DNA from: Rhynchobatus australiae | Lineage: Eukaryota | Assembly: GCA_034780895.1 (NCBI GenBank) | Contig: JAUZTB010000002.1 | Location: 61,666,101 to 61,730,100 of the forward strand | Direction: 5' to 3' | Length of the DNA: 64,000 nt | Part shown: one piece after another, positions 55,216 through 64,000 of the stretch | Position numbering within the stretch: position 1 is the stretch's first letter | Layout: each line of letters starts with the position of its first letter | Notes under the pieces: model-generated | What the model was told of the DNA's origin: nothing | Databases searched by the model: none | What the model saw: the letters and a program-made list of their open reading frames with translations, nothing else | Made by a program: the position numbers and the translations under genes

Positions 55216-56214
55216 TTCTATAGTCATGAGTCGAGAACAAAATTACTGGTCAGAATTTCCTATCAGAGGTGAGCAGAAGCAAGATAAAAGTACAAACATC
55301 ACTATTGTGGATCCTCACTGTCAACTTGCTGCTTAGTGTCAGCTCAATCCACAATTGCAAACCCTGCATGGTGATAGGTTCATTTGCATACAACTGTCTA
55401 CTTAAGTCCAGCCCACAAGAAAAGAACTTCTAACAGTTGGCCAAACAAAGAAAATATTTCAGGACATTTAAAAATAATTAAAATAATTTAACCAAACTCA
55501 ACCAATTCAAAAATTCTAACTGATGGGATAGTTATCTTGCTTTCTTGCAGTCATTCTTCTCTATTCAAATGAAAGATGGTATTGCTGCACTGGGTGTAAC
55601 ATGATGAGAGGTGATCTCATTGAAATACACATTGCAAGTGCAAGTGTTTATAGAAATATAAGATTTTGTATTTGTTTTTGAAAAAAATAAGATTTTGTAT
55701 TTGGGAATTTTGGTTTCTGCAACACATTCATTAAATTAAATGACTACCCTGTTTAAATCAATATAATGTCTTGACTCTAAGGCAATACGGAAAAAAAAAT
55801 TACATGTTAATGCATCAACTACTGTATCTCATGGAAATTTGAAATAAGTCTCGAAAGTCCTGAAAATAACAGTATCTCTCAAGAGAGAAACAGAGTTAAC
55901 ACTGCAGGCTAATGACTTAAAGGTGCTTATAGAAACTTACTTCATAGAAGGAGGCCATTCAAACTATCTTTTCTGCTTAGACTTTTGAAAGTGCCAGTCA
56001 TAGCCACTCCCTTATTTGCTTTTACGTGGCTCTATAAATTTCCACTTTTTAGGTTTAAATTTAATTCCCATTTAGTGGCTACTTTTGAATTTGCTGTACT
56101 TCCACTATACTTTCAGGCAATGAACTGCAGATCTGAACACTTTGCAACATAAACAAAACCCTAATTTCCCTCGTTAATCAATGACTTGGATTTGAAAATT
56201 GTACATATACATCT

Positions 56215-56570
56215 AGATCAAGAACATAAGATTGCAAAGCACCTTTCACATCTTCAGCATATGTTGAGTAATAATTGTCCAAAGAANNNNNNNNNNNNNN
56301 NNNNNNNNNNNNNNNNNNNNNNNAAGCTGGTGGTGTTGGTTTAAGGGGGAAATGCTGGCCTGGACACAAGATAAATTACTTGCTGCTCATTTAGTCATGA
56401 GTTGAGGTCTTTTATTGAAACAGGGCCTTGATTTAACATCTCATCCAACAGTAGGCACCTCTGACAATGTAGCTATCTCTCTGATTTTAGTGAAGCATCA
56501 TTTTACTTATTTGTGGAAGGTTTCTTGAACCTATAATCTTCCAGCACAATGAAAGAATTGCTACCATCTC
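56215..56570 (-). mobile_element. Deu-domain SINE, decayed
   Basis: tgctggcctggacac...tttaacatctcatccaacagtaggcacctctgacaatgtagc...ttgaacc. Confidence 0.5.
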
Positions 56571-57929
56571 AGCTAAACAAAAATCCAGGAATTTATGGTG
56601 ACACCACAGTGCTGTGCTGCAGAAATACAATCTCATCAAAAATGTCATTCTTCAGACATGACAGTAAAAAACCTTAAAAAAAGGAAATTATGGAAACACT
56701 CAGAAAGTTTGGCTGCATCCGTGGAAAGAGAAACAGAGTTAACGTTTCAGGTCAGAGATCCTTCATTAGGTGTTAATCATTTTTTGCCTTTAATTCAGAT
56801 CTCCAGCATCATGATTTTCAATCACAGTGATAAACCTATCTTGGCTATTCAGGTGGATCTTAAAAATCACCATGCATAACATGATCATTATCATGTGACA
56901 GAATAATTGGTAACTCATCTCCTTGCTGTGCTTTTTCCACATTTGATGCACGGTTGCTAAAATTCTATATATAACCATTGTACTTTAAAAAATAGAACAT
57001 ACTCTGAGATATTTCTGCTCTGTAAGTATCTTTTTCTTAATCTATAATCTTTATCTTATGAAAGCAGCTAACTAGTTATTAAACCTTGTCCCTGGCATAT
57101 AAACTAAAAGGAAAGGTGTTTTGAAAATTCTACAATCTTTTGACACAATTTTGAAAACAACAGTANNNNNNNNNNNNNNNNNNNNNNNNNNNNNNNNNNN
57201 NNNNNNNNNNNNNNNNNNNNNNNNNNNNNNNNNNNNNNNNNNNNNNNNNNNNNNNNNNNNNNNNNNNNNNNNNNNNNNNNNNNNNNNNNNNNNNNNNNNN
57301 NNNNNNNNNNNNNNNNNNNNNNNNNNNNNNNNNNNNNNNNNNNNNNNNNNNNNNNNNNNNNNNNNNNNNNNNNNNNNNNNNNNNNNNNNNNNNNNNNNNN
57401 NNNNNNNNNNNNNNNNNNNNNNNNNNNNNNNNNNNNNNNNNNNNNNNNNNNNNNNNNNNNNNNNNNNNNNNNNNNNNNNNNNNNNNNNNNNNNNNNNNNN
57501 NNNNNNNNNNNNNNNNNNNNNNNNNNNNNNNNNNNNNNNNNNNNNNNNNNNNNNNNNNNNNNNNNNNNNNNNNNNNNNNNNNNNNNNNNNNNNNNNNNNN
57601 NNNNNNNNNNNNNNNNNNNNNNNNNNNNNNNNNNNNNNNNNNNNNNNNNNNNNNNNNNNNNNNNNNNNNNNNNNNNNNNNNNNNNNNNNNNNNNNNNNNN
57701 NNNNNNNNNNNNNNNNNNNNNNNNNNNNNNNNNNNNNNNNNNNNNNNNNNNNNNNNNNNNNNNNNNNNNNNNNNNNNNNNNNNNNNNNNNNNNNNNNNNN
57801 NNNNNNNNNNNNNNNNNNNNNNNNNNNNNNNNNNNNNNNNNNNNNNNNNNNNNNNNNNNNNNNNNNNNNNNNNNNNNNNNNNNNNNNNNNNNNNNNNNNN
57901 NNNNNNNNNNNNNNNNNNNNNNNNNNNNN

Positions 57930-59014
57930 AGAAGGTTGGGGGAGGGGGAGGAGCACAAGCTGGCAAGTGATAGGTGAGCCCAGATGAGAGGGGGAAGGTA
58001 GGTGGTTGGGGGACGGGGTGAAAGGGAGTGATGTGAGAAGCTGAGAGGTGATAGTTAGAAGAGGCAAAGGGCTGAAGAAGGAGGAATGCAGTTGGAGAGG
58101 ACAGTAGACCATGGAATAAAGGGAAGGAGGTGGGGAATGGATGGGTAGATCATGAGGGCCGGGGAGGAGAAAGAGAAGGGGTGAAGAGGCCACAGGAATG
58201 GGGAAAACAAAGGGGGGTGGAAGGGAGAGAAAGAGGGGAGGGGTTACCAGAAGTTAGAGAAATCGATGTTGGAGACTAACAAGGCAGAATATGAGGTGTT
58301 ACTCCTCCAACCTGCGTCTGGTCTCAACGTGGCACTGCCACCTCCAATGGGATCCCACCACCAGGCACATCTTCCCCCCCCCCCACCTGCTTTCTGCAGG
58401 GATTGTGGTCTCCACGACTCCCTTGTCCACTCATCCCTCCCCACCGATGACCCTCCCAGCACTTATCCCTGTAACCGTGCAAAGTGCTACACCTGTCCTT
58501 ACACCACCTCCCTCAGCACTATTCAGGGCCCCAGGCAGTCCTTCCAGGTGAGGCACTGCTTCACCTGTGAATCTGAGGGTATCATTTATTGCATCCGGTG
58601 CTCCCGGTGCAGCCTCTTCTGCTTCGGTGAGACCCGACGCAGATTGGGTGACCGCTTCGTTGAGAACCTTCGCTCTGCCAGCTGCAAAAGCAAGGATCTC
58701 CCAGTGGCCAGCCACTTCAGTTCCACATCCTACTCCCATAATGACATGTCTATCCACAGCCTCCTCTACTGCCACATTGAGGCCATACGCAGGTTGGAGG
58801 AGTAACACCTCATATTCCACCTTGGTAGTCTCCAACCTGATGGCCTCAACATCAATTTCTCTAACTTCTGGTAACCCCTCCCCTCTTCCCCCATTGTCCT
58901 TTGCTTTTCCTCTTTCCTGTTGCCCCCTCATGCCTTCTCTTTCCCTCCTCTCCTGCCCTCATTACCTGCCCATCTATTCCCCACCTCCTTCCCTTTATTC
59001 CATGGTCTACTGTC
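57930..59014 (+). mobile_element. Penelope-like element: GIY-YIG endonuclease remnant with inverted 5' copy of its 3' end
   Basis: ORF 58266-58805 TYPCNRAKCYTCPY...FTCESEGIIYCIRCSRCSLFCFGETRRRLGDRFVENLRS...PVASHF is a PLE GIY-YIG domain with CxxC motifs, with a premature stop before GLN. 57930-58338 is the reverse complement of 58770-59014 and beyond. Confidence 0.9.
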
Positions 59015-59784
59015 CNNNNNNNNNNNNNNNNNNNNNNNNNNNNNNNNNNNNNNNNNNNNNNNNNNNNNNNNNNNNNNNNNNNNNNNNNNNNNNNNNNNNN
59101 NNNNNNNNNNNNNNNNNNNNNNNNNNNNNNNNNNNNNNNNNNNNNNNNNNNNNNNNNNNNNNNNNNNNNNNNNNNNNNNNNNNNNNNNNNNNNNNNNNNN
59201 NNNNNNNNNNNNNNNNNNNNNNNNNNNNNNNNNNNNNNNNNNNNNNNNNNNNNNNNNNNNNNNNNNNNNNNNNNNNNNNNNNNNNNNNNNNNNNNNNNNN
59301 NNNNNNNNNNNNNNNNNNNNNNNNNNNNNNNNNNNNNNNNNNNNNNNNNNNNNNNNNNNNNNNNNNNNNNNNNNNNNNNNNNNNNNNNNNNNNNNNNNNN
59401 NNNNNNNNNNNNNNNNNNNNNNNNNNNNNNNNNNNNNNNNNNNNNNNNNNNNNNNNNNNNNNNNNNNNNNNNNNNNNNNNNNNNNNNNNNNNNNNNNNNN
59501 NNNNNNNNNNNNNNNNNNNNNNNNNNNNNNNNNNNNNNNNNNNNNNNNNNNNNNNNNNNNNNNNNNNNNNNNNNNNNNNNNNNNNNNNNNNNNNNNNNNN
59601 NNNNNNNNNNNNNNNNNNNNNNNNNNNNNNNNNNNNNNNNNNNNNNNNNNNNNNNNNNNNNNNNNNNNNNNNNNNNNNNNNNNNNGGAGAATTTCCCTAC
59701 AGTCGGATTTCTGTAAGTCAGTTCATTCGTAATCTGGGGAGTCCCTGTATTTCTCTTTCTCCACCTTAAATACTTCTAATGATA

Positions 59785-60052
59785 CGATAAGATAAGATAT
59801 CTTTAATAGTCACATGTACATCAAAACACACAGTGTTTGCATAGAATGTTCTTGGCCACATGTCGCCACGCTTCTGGCGCCAACATAGTATGCCCACAAC
59901 TTCCTAACCCATACGCCTTTAGAATGTGGGAGGAAACCGGAGTACCCGGAGGAAACCCATGCAGACACGGGGAGAACAAACTCCTTACAGACAGCAGCGG
60001 GAATTGAACCCGGGTTGCTGGTGCTGTAATAGCGTGACACTGACCGCTACTG
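59785..60052 (-). mobile_element. tRNA-derived V-SINE (HE1-like)
   Basis: Minus strand: A-box-like gtagcggtcagtg, B box ggttcaattccc, V-domain tgggtttcctccgggtactccggtttcctcccacat, and (tctta)n tail. Confidence 0.85.
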
Positions 60053-60054
60053 TC

Positions 60055-60590
60055 CTTAATTTGTTTTTAATGATCTGGCCTCCACCACCTTCAGGGGAAG
60101 AGAATTCCAGAGATTCACTAACCTATGAGAGAAAGAAAATTCTACACAGCTCAGTTTTAAATGGCTGGCCCCTTTATAGCTATGTACCCTTGTCTGTGAC
60201 TTTCTCACTATTGGAAACATCTCAACATCAACCCCTGTCAAGCCTCCTTAGCATCTCATATGCTTGAATAAGGTCATCCTTCATCCTTCTAAACTCCAAG
60301 GAATCCCAACACAAACTGTCAAGCCTCTCTTGATAGGACAACCTTCCCATCCCAGCAATTAGGTGGGTGAATCTTTGGACTGCCTCCAATGCTATTATAT
60401 CCTTGTATAGATAAGGGGACCCAAACTGTATGCAGTATTCCAGGTATGGCCTCACCAACACCATGTACTGCTTCAACAAAACCTCCCTATTCTAAACTCC
60501 AATCCCTTTGCAATAAAGACCAACATTCTATTTGCCTTCATAATTACTTGTTCCATTGCCAACTAACTTTTTGTGATTCCTCCCTCTGAA
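60055..60590 (-). mobile_element. CR1-type LINE 3' fragment
   Basis: ORF 60228-60479 LVRPYLEYCIQFGSPY...LEAVQR...LEFRRMKDDLI and ORF 60056-60241 FSHRLVNLWNSLP. Confidence 0.88.
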
Positions 60591-61595
60591 TTTCACTCAT
60601 TTGCAATCTCATTCTAGACCCCGGAACTGATTATTTCTGGAGCCACAGATGTAGTTGAAGCTGATGAACTGATTTGCTGTGGCGAAACATATCACTGGAC
60701 ACTCGAAGGTTGAATTCAGGAATGAACCACTTTGTAGGCCAATATCTTTATAGCCCCAAACTATACAGTATCTATTATTAATTTCTTCAAACTGCAGTTT
60801 CAAGACTTCAGCACAATCCTTACATCTTTAAATGAGTAACAGCAGCACGCCAAAACTGTATTCATGGCAACAAGTAAATCTGGGGAAGACTAAGGTAGCA
60901 CTGTCATGTTATTCACAGACCTCAATTACACTGTCTCTATGTGTTTGGTCTGACTAATGGGGTTAAGGCTCGTCTTGCAGATCATCCTCTCAACCTTCCC
61001 AACTTGACCCCATTTAAATCATTCAGGACCATTTGTTCCTCGGCTACCACTTTTTCCTTTCAGTTGAGTAATGTGTCACATGAAGAAGGTAATAAATGGC
61101 TCACTGTTTGCATTTGCCATCTTTATTGCTGAACATGTGTTTCATATATTAACTGAGCCGATTCCTTCTCTCCTTACAATGAACTGCAGCACTACATTCA
61201 GTCAGTTCAGCAAAACCAGCTCTACATCTACCTTATACATCTGGGCATAATTATCTTAATCTAGAAGAGGTTTAGGCAAGGTCTTTTTGCACAAAAAAAT
61301 GCCATAAAATCGCCTTAAGCATATTACACTGTAGGATAGGACTATGCATAGTGTATTACTTCTGGATGAAAACCAGGTGGGGATACTCTTCATTCATCAT
61401 AACTCCAGTTAACTTGTTAGTCTGTAGTGCACAGTCAGAATATAAAAAAATATGGCAACAAGGTGAGTTCAACATCTTAGCCAACACCTCGACAAGTCAA
61501 AGGTTTAAGTGTCAGTAGTTGTGACCTGCTTAACAGTAAAGTAACATTTTAATGGAGTTCAAAAACATTAAAAAAACTTCAGATCTGGAGATCAG

Positions 61596-61802
61596 AACTA
61601 AAAACAGAAAATGCCAGAAATACTCAGCAGGTCAGGTAGGATTTGTAGGGAAAGAAACAGAGTTAATGTTTCAGGTCGATGACCTTCCATTACAATGAAT
61701 GTTCTGATGAAGAATCATCAATGTGAAATTTAATCATGCTTCCCCCTCTACAGTTGCTGTTTGACCTTTTGAGTATTTTCAGCACTTTCTGTTTTTAGTT
61801 CT
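61596..61802. mobile_element. ~200-bp Penelope-terminus fold-back element with hammerhead cores at the centre
   Basis: Left agaactaaaaacagaaaatgccagaaatactcagcaggtcag pairs with right ttgaccttttgagtattttcagcactttctgtttttagttct. CTGATGA at 61704-61710 and GAAA at 61725-61728. Confidence 0.65.
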
Positions 61803-62592
61803 ATATTGGAGTTTGATGCATTACAAATTCAGACAAGGTACAAATGCTACTGTACTACCCAATTCTGAAAACTTTAATTTTTGTCACCATGGTAAATTGC
61901 TGGCCATTTTTTTAAGGGAAATACCTCTCTTAGAACACAAGAAACTTAAGTAAGGGTTTTAAGTTCCCAGAAAAAGTAGTGAAAGGTCAGTGTTGCAGAG
62001 AAAACATTCTCTTCAATCCACTCCAATATTTACAAACTGAGTGCACACTTATGACTGGTATGATCAAGAAATAACAAGCATATGGTATTTCATACAGAAT
62101 ATAAAAATTAAAACAGAATCAAATAATGAAGTTCACATAGTCCATTACAAATCTCCTTGAGCCAATTTCAATTTGCAGCCAATGTATCCAGACTTCCAGC
62201 CTCTGCAGGAAATTCCACAGGCTCCTCGCCCAAGTACAGATTGAGCTGTCTCATTGGATAGCTTCGCTTTAAATATCCAATTGAATGATTAGAACCAAGC
62301 CCTGTCTAATATGACATTACAAAACTTGAAAATGATGATTAGTTATCTGCAGGGTAGAACATCACTCAGTACAAGTATGGAGTGGCTTTGCAAATTGTTT
62401 TTCAAGCTTTACATTAAGGACTTCAAGTAAATTTCTACTGTAGATGAATTATTCTTAACCTGTAATTTCATAAAATATGTAATTTACAATAAAAGACCAT
62501 GTGCAGAAGGTTCATTTGTTCAGGGAGTTATATGTAACAAGTGGGACAAGAAGATGACATTTTTTTAAAGGACTCCAAACTATGTACAATAC

Positions 62593-62727
62593 CTTCCATC
62601 ATCTCCATGCCTTCTGGAGGAACACAATGGCCTGCATGGCTTATAGCCCAGATGGGATACTTCTGAATCAGGATCTTGTGTAAAACTTTCATGAAGGGTT
62701 TATAGTAACATACAATTCCTGGATTCC
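62593..62727 (-). CDS. LDAH: LDAH internal coding exon (GNPG...SHAGH exon), 135 bp, phase 1-1
   Basis: Translates (G)NPGIVCYYKPFMKVLHKILIQKYPIWAISHAGHCVPPEGMEMME, matching the LDAH/C2orf43 signatures GNPG and W.ISHAGH. On the minus strand the acceptor is ttccacAG (62729-62728) and the donor is GTattg (62592-62591). Confidence 0.93.
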
Positions 62728-64000
62728 CTGTGGAAATACACAAAAGACAACAGGCTTATTAGAAAAATGTGTTAAAATGGAAGGTAACAGGCTACATATT
62801 TAGTTTTGGAATCATAAACCGTGCAATTGATGATTAAGTAAGAGGTTAAGTATCCTGCAGGAAATCAGCAAAATATAAGATTTGTAGTTTTGAAACAAAT
62901 AACAGCATATTTATCTTGTATCAGCATATTCAAAACAATTGAAGTCAAAAGTCCAAAATATGAAAAGAATATCCTTTAATCTGAATTATCATAGTTCATA
63001 ATAGTTCATAAATAGCACTGAATCACAGAGTTGNNNNNNNNNNNNNNNNNNNNNNNNNNNNNNNNNNNNNNNNNNNNNNNNNNNNNNNNNNNNNNNNNNN
63101 NNNNNNNNNNNNNNNNNNNNNNNNNNNNNNNNNGAGTTGTTACTGATAGAAAGATCCCATCAAATCTATTCTGGCTCAGAGCAGAGTAATCCCATCAATC
63201 TAGTTCCTCATCTCTTTCCCCATAAGACCACAAATTATTCTCTCTTCTGTGCCCATCCAATTTCCTTTACAAGGCATTGACTGATTCCATTTCTACCACT
63301 TCCACAAAGAGTGAATTCTAGATCCTATATGCTCTCTAAGCAAAAAAAATCTAATCTCTGTTGCACCTTTTGCACTGCAAATACAGTTAACTTATACGAT
63401 AGGCATAACAATCACAATTATTTTTATTTTGTAGATTTAAACTACTGTAGAAATGTAGCACATTTTTTTTGAAAATACATATTGCACATTATGTCCCATT
63501 TCTGAAAAAAATAAAATATATGCATCCTAAAGCAACTCTGGGAGCAGCTTGGTTAATACTTGCATTTAGAAGTCCTTCTCTGAATGTCAATGAGCTATAA
63601 CAGCAAGATACACAAGCTTCTCATCAATGCCACTTGTTAAGACCACATCACCTTAGGTGGAAAAGAAAAGTCAAAATTCCTTAGGTCTTCTAACAAACAC
63701 CAACTGGGTTAGGTGCCAGTTAGGCTATTTTCACTTGAATCAATACTACCAGCAGAGGATGGGAGAAGATGATGACTGCCGCATTAAACTAGATTGAGAA
63801 CAATACTGAACAAACTTAGTTATAATGCAGTATATCCAGTCCAATGGAGTTTTGTTATAGGTTTCCACACACCACTATTCTGTTACCAGAACTACACACA
63901 AATTGGGACCAGGAGATGAGAACCTTAAATGCATGTCTGAGAGAGTCTTTTCCTTACTCAAAAGCTCATCCTTAGATGCTGCTGCTCAGAAAGTTGCTCA

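Larger units (their letters stand above)
22217..62592 (-). other. LDAH: ~40 kb GT-AG phase-1 intron of LDAH
   Basis: Bounded by the donor and acceptor of two consecutive, frame-compatible LDAH exons. The length includes estimated N gaps. Confidence 0.85.

Noticed and set aside
58431-58931. 166-aa minus-strand ORF
   Set aside because: Antisense shadow of the GC-rich Penelope endonuclease region.
1403-59769. Long ORFs made mostly of X (e.g. 1403-2533, 34623-35771, 57072-58193, 58567-59769)
   Set aside because: Artefacts of translating N gaps.
59990-60052. tRNA gene
   Set aside because: The A/B boxes belong to a SINE head followed by a V-domain, with no full cloverleaf.

Overview
Vertebrate, AT-rich, repeat-dense draft-assembly window with many N gaps. 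The repeat repertoire (Rex1, CR1, Penelope, V-SINE, Deu-SINE) suggests a cartilaginous fish, probably a ray/skate; this is inference. The whole window appears to lie inside one minus-strand gene, LDAH (lipid droplet-associated hydrolase). Two in-phase coding exons are visible (62593-62727 and 22056-22216, the latter with the GHSIG nucleophile motif), joined by a ~40 kb intron. The introns hold LINE, SINE, Penelope and Harbinger remnants. Three observations stand out: (1) an orphan, stop-free TAF12 internal exon with its own splice acceptor, co-oriented inside the LDAH intron; (2) many Penelope-type termini carrying minimal hammerhead-ribozyme motifs, often as inverted fold-back pairs; (3) a perfect 31-bp palindrome carrying TEAD/NKX-type motifs. 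No prokaryotic features, CRISPR arrays, rRNA or bona fide tRNA genes were seen. Repeat boundaries are approximate and all family calls are by eye.
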